A stretch of DNA of 27,760 nucleotides from an uncultured Campylobacterales bacterium (GTDB lineage: Bacteria > Campylobacterota > Campylobacteria > Campylobacterales > CAZAFM01), in the NCBI GenBank assembly GCA_964484395.1, contig CAZAFM010000022.1, positions 1-27,760 on the forward strand. The letters are read 5' to 3'. Positions 16,023-25,025 of the stretch are shown in pieces (the first letter of the stretch is position 1; each line of letters begins with the position of its first letter). The notes beneath the pieces were generated by a model, which saw only the letters and a program-made list of their open reading frames with translations, made no database searches and was not told the DNA's origin. Position numbers and translations under genes: made by a program.

Positions 16023-17417
16023 ATGCTAAAACCAGTACTAAAAGATAGAGTTGCATACTTTGTACTAGATGAAGAACATTACGACAAGCAAAGAGCAAAA
16101 AAAGATGCTCTAGATTTAAAAAAACTAGCAACAACTCTAAAAGGCTTAGATATCAAAGCCATACTACTAAGCCTAAAAAATGTTCCAGACCTAGATAATG
16201 ACTCTTTGATACCATTTTTCACCGTGTTGCATGAGTTTGAGAAGAGTCTAGATGTCATAGCTGGAATTTGTGACTACAAAGCTAGAGTCTACTCTCAGTC
16301 CCTAAATAGCGCCAAAAAGTACCATGTATCTCTTTTTAAAAATTCTGATATAGCTCGCTTTATACTTAAAATAACAACCATACCATCTGATAAAACAGTT
16401 TGTTTTTTGATGGAGAATGAGCTTGATTTTGAGCTTTTTAAAGATGAGATTGAGAGTAGGGGAGTTGTTTTTCAGGGTTTTAGTAATTCAGGTGATTTTG
16501 ATACATACGCTTCAAAAAATGAGTGTTTTAAGGTATCAAAAACCTATGTAGATTTTTTACATAATAAAACAGTGATGAGGCTTGAGGGTGGTGTGGTCTA
16601 CTTTGATCTCCAAGATAGACTAGGTAAAAAAATAGAGACTCTATTTCCACTTCATGCTTTTTACAAGAAAGCCAAAGAGGGCTTTAGGCTTTTTGTGCTT
16701 GAAGGTTCTCAAGTGGAGTTTATAGACCCTAAAGCTATTGATTTTTTTATATCTCTATCTATAAATAGTATGAAATATGGAGCAAAGATTGTTTTTTTAA
16801 AATTCCCTCCAAATCTTATAAATAGATCAGTACAACAAACTCTTCAAAAAGCACACATTAAATATTTTGATACAAAACAAAAAATGCAATCTGACCCAGA
16901 AATAGCTCAACTTCTAAATAACCCAGTAAAAACAAAAGGTGGCGGTCTGAGTAAAGCTCTAGTTAGTAACTTACCACTTTTTATAGATGCTACAGTAGAT
17001 ACATTTAGCTCTTTTGTAGGAAGTAGTGCTACTAAAAAATCACATACCATAAGTGAATACAGTGATGATTTTTTAGATGATAATTATGCGGGAAGTTCTA
17101 TAGAGTATAGTGGTATGATAAATGCTACTTTGGTGCTTGTCTTTTCATACTCTCTTATAGATGAAGTCTCAGAGGTTCTTCTTGGTGAGGCTTGTGCTAA
17201 TGATGAGGAGAGGGTGGATGTATTAAGCGAGTTTTTGAACATCATCTCAGGTCAGTCAAAAACCATGCTCTCAAAAAAAGATATAAATGTCTCTATCTCC
17301 TTACCAAAAACCTTTGTGAGCAAAAACGACTTTATAAAGTATATAAGTGGAAAAAAGGGAATATTGATAAACTTTGAGTTTGATGCTAAACCTCTCCAAC
17401 TCTTTTTAGCTCCATAA
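16023..17417 (+). CDS. Hypothetical protein with two STAS-like repeats and a C-terminal CheX-like domain
   Basis: The C-terminus TLVLVFSYSLIDEVSEVLLGE..VLSEFLNIISGQSKTMLS..VSISLPK resembles the CheX/CheC-like fold. Two N-terminal segments (ILLSLKNVPDLDNDSLIPFFTVL and FVLEGSQVEFIDPKAIDFFISL) look STAS-like. Confidence 0.35.
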   Translation: MLKPVLKDRVAYFVLDEEHYDKQRAKKDALDLKKLATTLKGLDIKAILLSLKNVPDLDNDSLIPFFTVLHEFEKSLDVIAGICDYKARVYSQSLNSAKKYHVSLFKNSDIARFILKITTIPSDKTVCFLMENELDFELFKDEIESRGVVFQGFSNSGDFDTYASKNECFKVSKTYVDFLHNKTVMRLEGGVVYFDLQDRLGKKIETLFPLHAFYKKAKEGFRLFVLEGSQVEFIDPKAIDFFISLSINSMKYGAKIVFLKFPPNLINRSVQQTLQKAHIKYFDTKQKMQSDPEIAQLLNNPVKTKGGGLSKALVSNLPLFIDATVDTFSSFVGSSATKKSHTISEYSDDFLDDNYAGSSIEYSGMINATLVLVFSYSLIDEVSEVLLGEACANDEERVDVLSEFLNIISGQSKTMLSKKDINVSISLPKTFVSKNDFIKYISGKKGILINFEFDAKPLQLFLAP

Positions 17418-18313
17418 TGCTTAACTCACTCTTTCCTATACTTCTTTTTATCTCACTTGGATATTTTGCCAAAAGAGTAGGGATTTTTGAAGAGAGAGAT
17501 TCTAAAATACTTATAGACTTTATCATTTACTTCTCTTTTCCTGCTATAGTTTTTAGTAATATCTACTTTTTAGAGCTTGATACTTCACTTTTTGATATGA
17601 TAGCAGCTGGATGGATAGTGCTTTTTGCTGCACTTCTTTTCTCTTTTTTGTTTACTAAGATGATGGGGTATGATAGGCGTACTAGTATAGTTTTTATACT
17701 AATGGCATCTTTTGGGAATACTGCTTTTGTAGGGATTCCTTTTGTAGATGCTTTTTATCAGAGTGAAGGTGTGAGGTTTGCTATACTTTATGATCAGTTT
17801 GTCTCTTTTATACTTGTTAGCCTCATAGCTCCCCTGCTTGTCTCTCTTAGTGGTGGTGAGTTTAGCTTTAGGGCTATTTTAAAAAGAATATTTCTCTTTC
17901 CGCCTTTTATAGCGCTTTTAGTTGCAGTAATCTTAAAGCCTTTTTCACTTCCATCTTTTTTGTTTAGTGGATTAGATATATTAGGCTCTACTGTGGTACC
18001 TCTAGCACTCTTTGCTGTTGGATTTGGGCTAAACTTTGAGGAGATAAAAAGCTCATTTTCAAAAGTACTACCCATATTATCTATAAAAATCATCATCATT
18101 CCAATACTATTTATTATAGGTTTGAAGTTTTTAGGTATCTCTTTTACCCTTGAGTGGAAGGTAGCTGTGATGCAAAGTGCTATGCCTCCTATGGTCTATG
18201 CTGCTGTAATTGCTATGAGAGCGGGGCTTGATAAGGGTATAGCAATCTCTTCAGTAGGACTTGGTGTTGTTGTGGCGCTATTAGTTTTACCTATTTACTA
18301 TTTAGTTTTGTAA
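17417..18313 (+). CDS. Auxin efflux carrier (AEC) family membrane transporter
   Basis: 298 aa with about 10 TM helices. The N-terminus MLNSLFPILLFISLGYFAKRVGIF and overall topology are typical of the AEC/malate-permease family. Its start overlaps the previous gene's stop. Confidence 0.8.
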   Translation: MLNSLFPILLFISLGYFAKRVGIFEERDSKILIDFIIYFSFPAIVFSNIYFLELDTSLFDMIAAGWIVLFAALLFSFLFTKMMGYDRRTSIVFILMASFGNTAFVGIPFVDAFYQSEGVRFAILYDQFVSFILVSLIAPLLVSLSGGEFSFRAILKRIFLFPPFIALLVAVILKPFSLPSFLFSGLDILGSTVVPLALFAVGFGLNFEEIKSSFSKVLPILSIKIIIIPILFIIGLKFLGISFTLEWKVAVMQSAMPPMVYAAVIAMRAGLDKGIAISSVGLGVVVALLVLPIYYLVL

Positions 18314-18355
18314 CCAAAAACCCGATATAATATTAAGATATACAAGGAGTATGAT

Positions 18356-19024
18356 ATGCAAGTAGGACAAGGAGCGTCACTACTGAGTGGCTTTAATCCA
18401 AAGGATTTACAAAAAGGTGGGCAGCAACAACAGGTAAACTTTAGTGATTTAAACTACAAAAAAACATCCATAGAAGCCCAATATGGGGATTCTACACTTA
18501 ATGTAGAGATGGAGACTTTGAATTTTAAATCAGCAACCATAGGCTTTGGAAAAGATAACCAAGCTATGCAGGATATACTATCACAGATAACTGAGAGGTT
18601 TAATAGTAATGCTGGTGGTATGTTTGGTAGTGTAGGTGATCTTTTTAAGCAAGATGAGACCTTTGATTATAACAAAATAGATAGTCTTTTAAAGGGTATA
18701 GACTATGAAGCTATCGGTTATGAAGGCAAAGCAATAACAGATATGACGCAGCAAGAAGCGAAGGATATTATATCTGAAGATGGTTTTTTTGGTGTTGCTA
18801 AAACCTCAGAGAGGGTTGCAAACTTCGTTCTAAGTGGTGCTGGAGATAACCTAGAAAAACTTCAAGCTGGGCGTGAAGGAGTTTTAAGAGGCTTTAATGA
18901 AGCAGAATCCTTATGGGGTGGAAAACTTCCTGATATAGCTTATGAAACCCAAGAAAAGAGCCTAAAAATGATAGATGATAGAATTAAAGAGCTTGGAGGT
19001 AATATACTTGATAGTGAGGCGTAG
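18356..19024 (+). CDS. Hypothetical soluble protein (Gly/Gln-rich N-terminus)
   Basis: A clean ORF with an AAGGAG RBS and a GATATAAT -10 upstream. No family was recognised. Confidence 0.4.
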   Translation: MQVGQGASLLSGFNPKDLQKGGQQQQVNFSDLNYKKTSIEAQYGDSTLNVEMETLNFKSATIGFGKDNQAMQDILSQITERFNSNAGGMFGSVGDLFKQDETFDYNKIDSLLKGIDYEAIGYEGKAITDMTQQEAKDIISEDGFFGVAKTSERVANFVLSGAGDNLEKLQAGREGVLRGFNEAESLWGGKLPDIAYETQEKSLKMIDDRIKELGGNILDSEA

Positions 19025-20020
19025 TTGATACTTAGTATTGAGTCAAGCTGTGATGATAGCTCTATTGCTATTACCAAGATAGAGAGTAAAGAGCTTGTTT
19101 TTCATAAAAAAATCTCGCAAGAGAAGTCACATAGTGAGTTTGGTGGAGTAGTCCCTGAGCTTGCTAGTAGGCTTCATGCAAAACTTCTTCCATCTATACT
19201 AGAGCAAACAAAAGAGTATCACAAAGAGCTAAAAGCTATAGCCGTGACAAATGAGCCGGGGCTTAGTGTGACTCTAGTTGAGGGTATGGTAATGTCAAAA
19301 GCACTCTCATTAGCACTAAATCTTCCAATAATCCCCATAAACCATCTTGTAGGTCATATCTACTCTTTATTTATAGGAAAAGAGGCTATATTCCCTATGG
19401 TTTCACTGCTAGTATCAGGTGGTCATACTATGATAGTTAGAAGTAGTGAGGATGAGCATACTATAGAGGCTAGCACTCTTGATGACTCTTTTGGTGAGAG
19501 CTTTGATAAGTGTGCAAAACTCCTATCTCTAGGCTATCCCGGAGGTCCTATTATAGAGAAAAGGGCAAAAAATGCAGATGCAACAAGGTTTGACTTTCCT
19601 AAGCCTCTCTCTGGCAAAAGGCTAGCCTTTAGCTACTCAGGGATTAAAAACGCTTTTAGACTAAAAGTAGAGGAGCTAGGAAGGCTAAGTGATAAAGATA
19701 TAGATGACCTTTGTGCTTCTTTTCAAAAAAGTGCAATTGATCATCTATTGAAAAAGTTTGAGCTATATCTTCAAAGCTCAGAGATAGAAAACATCTCCAT
19801 AGTTGGAGGAGCTAGTGCTAATATGGCTCTTAGAAGCAGGGTAGAGGAGTTGGCTAACAAGTACAACAAAAACCTACTTCTAGCTCCACTAGAGTTCTGT
19901 AGTGACAATGCAGCCATGATAGGAAGGGCTGCTCTGAATGAGTATATAAAGCAGAGATTTATAAGTGCAGATGAGCTAAAGCAGAGCCCTAAAAGTACGG
20001 TTCTAATAGAAACAATTTGA
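19025..20020 (+). CDS. tsaD: tRNA N6-adenosine threonylcarbamoyltransferase TsaD (Kae1/YgjD family)
   Basis: MILSIESSCDDSSIAI and HLVGHIYS give the ASKHA-fold metal-binding motifs, with later GGHT and GGASAN motifs. TTG start. Confidence 0.9.
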   Translation: MILSIESSCDDSSIAITKIESKELVFHKKISQEKSHSEFGGVVPELASRLHAKLLPSILEQTKEYHKELKAIAVTNEPGLSVTLVEGMVMSKALSLALNLPIIPINHLVGHIYSLFIGKEAIFPMVSLLVSGGHTMIVRSSEDEHTIEASTLDDSFGESFDKCAKLLSLGYPGGPIIEKRAKNADATRFDFPKPLSGKRLAFSYSGIKNAFRLKVEELGRLSDKDIDDLCASFQKSAIDHLLKKFELYLQSSEIENISIVGGASANMALRSRVEELANKYNKNLLLAPLEFCSDNAAMIGRAALNEYIKQRFISADELKQSPKSTVLIETI

Positions 20021-20052
20021 CTTCACTATCTTCAATAAGATATAATTGAACT

Positions 20053-20280
20053 ATGGCAAAAATAGAAAAAGTCAGAGAACTCATTGGTTATTTAAAGATT
20101 GTTTTTGGAGTTTTTATTGCTGTTGGAGTCTCTTTAGTAGGATGGTTATTCCAAAATAGTGAAAAGATTTCAGATGTAAAGATCATTGTAGCAGTTTTGA
20201 CCATAGTATGCTTAGCTGTTGGAATAATTGTTGTAAACAAAAAGATACTATCCAAAATAGATGAATTAGAGGATTTATAA
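20053..20280 (+). CDS. Small two-TM membrane protein, unknown function
   Basis: 75 aa with two hydrophobic helices. A GATATAAT -10 lies upstream. Confidence 0.4.
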   Translation: MAKIEKVRELIGYLKIVFGVFIAVGVSLVGWLFQNSEKISDVKIIVAVLTIVCLAVGIIVVNKKILSKIDELEDL

Positions 20281-20381
20281 TGCAAACTCTTGTTATAGTT
20301 GCGGCTGCAATACTGTTTGGTGCGATATTTTTTGCAGTATATGAAGCTGTTACCCATAAAAGTAGTAAGAAAGTACACTAA
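20280..20381 (+). CDS. Candidate 33-aa single-TM peptide, translationally coupled (TAATG)
   Basis: MQTLVIVAAAILFGAIFFAVYEAVTHKSSKKVH. The ATG overlaps the stop of the upstream small gene. It is not in the ORF track because of its size. Confidence 0.25.
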   Translation: MQTLVIVAAAILFGAIFFAVYEAVTHKSSKKVH

Positions 20382-21697
20382 ATCTTAAGAAGCCTTCTCT
20401 CTAGCTCAACCTCGCTTATTACGCCTTCATCAAAAATAAATACCGTTATATTCTCACTTGGGTTACTATAGTGCTCTCTTATACCTTCTATTAGATTTAT
20501 ATCATCACTTTCTAGTTTGATATTTGGAGTTTTTAGATAGATGGTTTTGTATTTTTTAGGTAGCTCTAGCATATATATGAGACCTATCCATACTAAACAA
20601 GCAAAAGCTAAGATAAAAAACCCAAAGTATGGCAGAGATGCCTCAATCATAAGACCACCAACTATACCGCCTAAAAATGTCCCAAAGTAGCTAAATGAGT
20701 TAAATACCCCTAGTACCGCACCTTTTTGGGAGTTTTTGGGATACTTTGAAGCTAGGCTTTGCATGATTGGTTCATGCATACTAAAGCCGGCAAAAAAGCT
20801 CATTACAGCTATAAAAAATAGTGTATCACTATACATATCAAAGCCTAAAAACGCAAGCATCAATAAAATAGCCCCAGCACTTAAGACCTCTTTAAACCTT
20901 CCTTTTTTCTCAGCAAAAACAGCTCCAGCTCCCATAGCAAGTATACCTATGAGTGTTGCAGGTATGTATATGGTATAGAGACTATCCATAGTAAAACCAA
21001 AGTGGTGTATAGCTAGATAAGGTATAATGACAAAAGCAGTTGAAAGAAGGAGTTTTTGAAAGAATCCAGTAAAAAACATAATCCTAAGATCAGCATTTTT
21101 GATAGATGAAGCAAACGCCCCTTCACTCTCTATGTGTCCATAGGTGATTTTAGGGATATTTGGTACAGCAAGAAAGAGAATGATAAGGGATATGAATGCT
21201 AAGAGTGATGCTATAACAAAAAGCGTATCAGTCCCACTACTTCCTGCTATAATAGGTCCGGTTACGAGGGCTACTGAGAAGCTTATAGATATAGTTCCTC
21301 CCATAATAGCCATAGCTTTTGTTCGTCTCTCTTCATGGATTAAATCACTTATCATAGCAGTAACTACTGCCCCTATAGCTCCAGCTCCTTGCAAGGCGCG
21401 ACCAATTATGAGTGTATATACTGAATCAGCAAAAGCCGCAATAAGTGAGCCTATGATAAAAACCAAAATCCCAAAAGCAATAGTCTGCTTCCTCCCTATC
21501 TTGTCACTCAAGCTTCCAAAGGGGGTTTGTAGTATCATCTGAGTAAGTGCATATATAGATATAGCAAGTCCAGCTAAAAATGGTGTAGCTCCCTCAAGTC
21601 CTAGTGCATATACAGATAGTGTAGGCATCACTATAAAAAGTCCTAAAAAGCGTATAGCTATAACAGAACTAAGAGGAAAGACAGTCTTAAACATCAA
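20378..21697 (-). CDS. MFS transporter with a C-terminal cytoplasmic extension
   Basis: 12 TM helices. The MFS signature-like GSLSDKIGRK lies after TM2. About 60 aa of soluble C-terminal tail follow. Confidence 0.85.
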   Translation of the reverse strand: MMFKTVFPLSSVIAIRFLGLFIVMPTLSVYALGLEGATPFLAGLAISIYALTQMILQTPFGSLSDKIGRKQTIAFGILVFIIGSLIAAFADSVYTLIIGRALQGAGAIGAVVTAMISDLIHEERRTKAMAIMGGTISISFSVALVTGPIIAGSSGTDTLFVIASLLAFISLIILFLAVPNIPKITYGHIESEGAFASSIKNADLRIMFFTGFFQKLLLSTAFVIIPYLAIHHFGFTMDSLYTIYIPATLIGILAMGAGAVFAEKKGRFKEVLSAGAILLMLAFLGFDMYSDTLFFIAVMSFFAGFSMHEPIMQSLASKYPKNSQKGAVLGVFNSFSYFGTFLGGIVGGLMIEASLPYFGFFILAFACLVWIGLIYMLELPKKYKTIYLKTPNIKLESDDINLIEGIREHYSNPSENITVFIFDEGVISEVELERRLLKI

Positions 21698-21753
21698 CGA
21701 ACCTTTGATAAGCTAAAATAATTGTTCCTATAATATCAAAAGGATGATAAAAA

Positions 21754-22350
21754 TTGGATATCGTACTAGCAACATCAAATAACGGTAAAGTAAGAGAGAT
21801 AAAAAAATTCGCAGATAGATTTAATGTGGTGACTTATAGTAGCTTGATTGAACCATTTGAGATTGTAGAAGATGGTGAGAGCTTCAAGGAGAATGCACTA
21901 ATAAAGGCAAGGGCTGTTTATGATGCACTAAAAAGGGATGATATTGTTGTTCTTGCTGATGACTCAGGTATTAGTGTAGAGGCACTTAGTTTTGGACCTG
22001 GTATATATAGTGCTAGGTTTGCAAAAGAGGGTGCAAGTGATAGAGAGAACCTACAAAAGATGATAGACTCCCTAAAAAAGCTGGGTATAAAAAAGAGCTA
22101 TGCATACTACACTTGCTCTATTGCCATAGTTGGGAAAGGATTTGAGTATACTACTCATGGGTTTATGCATGGAGAAGTGATAGATGAGGCTAGAGGTGAG
22201 GGAGGCTTTGGATATGACCCTTGTTTTATACCAAGGGGTTATCAAAAGACTCTAGGTGAGCTTGATGATAATATCAAGAGAGCTTTTTCTCATAGAAGTA
22301 GAGCCTTAAGACTTGCAAATATCGTCTTAAAAAATCTTCGCACCAAGTAA
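21754..22350 (+). CDS. rdgB: dITP/XTP pyrophosphatase (RdgB/Ham1 family)
   Basis: IVLATSNNGKVREI, and GFGYDPCFIP matching the Ham1 substrate motif. TTG start. Confidence 0.9.
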   Translation: MDIVLATSNNGKVREIKKFADRFNVVTYSSLIEPFEIVEDGESFKENALIKARAVYDALKRDDIVVLADDSGISVEALSFGPGIYSARFAKEGASDRENLQKMIDSLKKLGIKKSYAYYTCSIAIVGKGFEYTTHGFMHGEVIDEARGEGGFGYDPCFIPRGYQKTLGELDDNIKRAFSHRSRALRLANIVLKNLRTK

Positions 22351-22445
22351 GTAGATAATATGTTCAACCTTTTGACTAAGTGTTTTTACTTTTTTTGCCA
22401 TAGTTTAACTCCTTTTTTGTATATAACAAGCAAAAAGCATACCCT

Positions 22446-23123
22446 ATGAGAATATTGATATTCAAAAAGAATGATAGTTTTAGAGAGATACTAGAGAGCT
22501 CTTTGAAGACAAATAAACACAATCTTGTAGTTACTGATGACTTAGAGGTTGCTAAAAACATAATTCTCCAAGGATGTCTTGACCTAGCTATTTTTGACTC
22601 CCATGCTTACTTAAAAGAGAGTATTAAGATACTTCAGTTCATAAATTATATGGTCAAAAACCTCATAAAGTTAGCCACCATATCGCCTGATATAGAGCCA
22701 AAAAAGCTATCAATTCTCTATAACCTAGGATGTAGTGATCATATAAAATCACCTTTTTTACTAGAGGAGTTCTTGATAAAAGTCAAAATTTATGAAAAAA
22801 ATCTTCAAAAAAAGCACCAAAAACATATACTTCTAGGTAGAAGCTATATGTTTGATAAGCATGAATTGATGCTCTATTATGGTGAACTTCCAGTAAAACT
22901 AACAAAAAAACAGAGAATGATAATGGATGTGCTTGTTTCAAATCTAGGTATTCCAGTTGATTTTGAAAAACTAAGAGATAGTGTCTGGAATGGTGACTTG
23001 ATAGATAATGCAACCATAAGAGCAGAGATAAATCGCTTAAAAAAGGTCTTTGATGAGGATATTATAAAAAACTCAAGAGGAGTAGGGTATATGGTAGAAA
23101 GAAGTGAGTTTATCACACTCTAA
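22446..23123 (+). CDS. Orphan OmpR-family response regulator (receiver plus winged-helix domain)
   Basis: The C-terminal winged helix matches trans_reg_C (LTKKQRMIMDVL..RAEINRLKK..GVGYMV). The N-terminal receiver-like fold has DLAIFD, LAT and IKSP equivalents of the D57, T87 and K109 positions, but KKND replaces the N-terminal acidic pair. Confidence 0.6.
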   Translation: MRILIFKKNDSFREILESSLKTNKHNLVVTDDLEVAKNIILQGCLDLAIFDSHAYLKESIKILQFINYMVKNLIKLATISPDIEPKKLSILYNLGCSDHIKSPFLLEEFLIKVKIYEKNLQKKHQKHILLGRSYMFDKHELMLYYGELPVKLTKKQRMIMDVLVSNLGIPVDFEKLRDSVWNGDLIDNATIRAEINRLKKVFDEDIIKNSRGVGYMVERSEFITL

Positions 23124-23413
23124 GGAGCAGGAGGCATCTCTAAATCTATTGGTATCTCAGTTGTTAAAAATTTAAACTTTATGTCTTCAAGCTTTTTTTC
23201 TAAAGCTTTGTTCTCTTCTAGTAGGGAGTCTCTTTGGATTTGTAGATTGTCTATGTTTTTACTACTGTAGTATATTTGGTTCCTTAGGTAGATTTTGGGT
23301 ATAAAAAGAAAGTTCATAAGTAGCATAAATGCAAAAACAAAAAGAAGAATTCTGACACTTAACTCCTCTTTCTCGGGTTTTAGGTCTTCTAATAACTGAT
23401 CTTTATCTTCCAT
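23120..23413 (-). CDS. FtsL-like small bitopic cell-division protein
   Basis: 97 aa with a single TM helix followed by a heptad/coiled-coil region (LQIQRDSLLEENKALEKKLEDIK). It lies immediately downstream of rsmH, as in dcw clusters. Confidence 0.45.
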   Translation of the reverse strand: MEDKDQLLEDLKPEKEELSVRILLFVFAFMLLMNFLFIPKIYLRNQIYYSSKNIDNLQIQRDSLLEENKALEKKLEDIKFKFLTTEIPIDLEMPPAP

Positions 23414-23420
23414 AATTCCT

Positions 23421-24326
23421 CTACTCTATCTCAAAAACTCTAAGTTTAGCACTTCTTGACCTTGGGTTTGTCTTTAGCTCCTCTTTGCTGGCAATAATAG
23501 GTTTTTTGGTTATTATTTTTCCTATAGCATTATCACCTCCACATAGGCATTTTATACTTTCACTAGGGCATATACAGTTTTTTGCCCACTGTTTAAAAGC
23601 ATCTTTAATAAGCCTATCTTCTAAAGAGTGAAAACTTATAAATGCAATTTTACAGTTTTTTAGATTTTTTACTCGTAAAAGAAGTTTTTCTATCTCTTCT
23701 AGTTCACTATTTACTTCTATTCTCAAAGCCTGATAGATTTTGGCTAAAAGCTTGTTATCTGTATATTTAAACTTCGAACTTATGGCTTCTTGAAGCTCTT
23801 TTCCGCTTCTTATAGGACTGTTTTCTCTATATTCAGTTATTGCAGAGGCTAGTTTTTTGTACTCTCGTATTTCCCCATAATCCTTAAATATCTGCTCAAG
23901 CTCTGCATCTCTATATGTGGCTAATATATCTTTTGCATCTTTTTTGACGCTTCTATCCATCCTCATATCAAGCTCACTACTACTAAAGCCAAAGCCCCTA
24001 TTTTTACTATCAAGTTGCAGTGATGACACTCCAAAGTCAGCTAGGATACCTCTAATACTGCTTTTGTCTACTCTATCTAGCACTTCCCCAAAAGCACCAT
24101 GTATAAACTCAACTCTTGAGGCAAACCTATTTAGTCTTTTTTGAGAAAACTCCAGAGCTTCTCTGTCTCTATCATTGCATATAAGTTTTATGTTTTGGTT
24201 TTTTTGTAGTATGAGCTCTGAGTGAGAACCAAAGCCTACAGTGCAATCAATGATAGTTCCACTATCTATATCACAAAAAACATCACTAGTCTCAGTAGGT
24301 AAAACAGGGATGTGAGGTATATCCAT
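23421..24326 (-). CDS. rsmH: 16S rRNA m4C1402 methyltransferase RsmH (MraW)
   Basis: HIPVL.. IDCTVGFGSHS.. and the later DFGVSS SAM-methyltransferase motifs. 301 aa. Confidence 0.9.
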   Translation of the reverse strand: MDIPHIPVLPTETSDVFCDIDSGTIIDCTVGFGSHSELILQKNQNIKLICNDRDREALEFSQKRLNRFASRVEFIHGAFGEVLDRVDKSSIRGILADFGVSSLQLDSKNRGFGFSSSELDMRMDRSVKKDAKDILATYRDAELEQIFKDYGEIREYKKLASAITEYRENSPIRSGKELQEAISSKFKYTDNKLLAKIYQALRIEVNSELEEIEKLLLRVKNLKNCKIAFISFHSLEDRLIKDAFKQWAKNCICPSESIKCLCGGDNAIGKIITKKPIIASKEELKTNPRSRSAKLRVFEIE

Positions 24327-24384
24327 ATTACTCTTTCAGTAGTCAAGTTGTATTATTATACAAAAACAAACTAAAAGGGTCTAT

Positions 24385-25002
24385 TTGGAGAAGCAACTTT
24401 CTACACTTATTGCTAAGGTATCGCTGTCTATGTTCAGAAAAAACTTTTTTGGAGTTTATCATGGAGCTATCTCTGCTAAGATAGATAGAGATAAGTTTTT
24501 GATAAACAGAAATGATGCTATTTTTGATGAGATGGATGAAAATAGTCTTATGGAGTTACACCACAAAAAAGACTACAGATGGAAGGATGCAAGTATAGAT
24601 GCTCCTATTCACTCCAATATCTATCAGAAGTTTAGTGATGCTAAGTATATAGCCTACTCTATGCCACCATACGCCACCGCATACGCAAGTCGATACTCCA
24701 AAATATATCCAGAAGACTACTTTGGATATAGAAATCTAGGCGAAATATCTGTGTATAATCCAAGAACATTTGAGGATTGGTATGAGAGGGCTGATGTTGA
24801 GATACCAAGAAGATTAAGAGATAGTAAGAAAAACTTTCTTCTTATTCGTGGATACGGTCTGTATGTGTTTGAAAGAGATATAAATACCCTTGCAAAAACA
24901 ACAGCTCTTGTAGAAAACAGTTGTAGAATACTCTACTTATCAAAAGCTTTAGAAAAAAGATCTGTTGTAAACTCAGTAGATGATGGTATATATTTGATGT
25001 AA
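24385..25002 (+). CDS. Class II aldolase/adducin-fold protein, apparently lacking the metal-binding histidines
   Basis: FGVYHGAISAKID..FLIN and DAPIHSNIYQKF..YIAYSMPPYATAYAS parallel aldolase-II motifs (GN.S.R; SSE..H..IY; AVVHTHS.YA). However, HTHS is replaced by YSMP. Confidence 0.5.
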   Translation: MEKQLSTLIAKVSLSMFRKNFFGVYHGAISAKIDRDKFLINRNDAIFDEMDENSLMELHHKKDYRWKDASIDAPIHSNIYQKFSDAKYIAYSMPPYATAYASRYSKIYPEDYFGYRNLGEISVYNPRTFEDWYERADVEIPRRLRDSKKNFLLIRGYGLYVFERDINTLAKTTALVENSCRILYLSKALEKRSVVNSVDDGIYLM

Positions 25003-25025
25003 TCTAAGCCATTAGGGTTTAAGGC

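Noticed and set aside
17794-18099. ORF 17794..18099(-), 101 aa
   Set aside because: Antisense within the AEC transporter, which has a continuous 10-TM hydropathy pattern on the plus strand.
20088-21542. ORFs 20088..20378(-), 20736..20978(+), 21144..21542(+)
   Set aside because: The first is antisense to the two small membrane-protein genes. The other two are antisense inside the MFS transporter. All have compositionally biased translations.
22376-22561. ORF 22376..22561(-), 61 aa, spanning the regulator promoter and start
   Set aside because: It overlaps the promoter and the first codons of the plus-strand response regulator. There is no RBS and the content is hydrophobic low-complexity.
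22783-24144. ORFs 22783..23013(-), 22877..23116(-), 23917..24144(+)
   Set aside because: They are antisense to the response regulator and rsmH genes.
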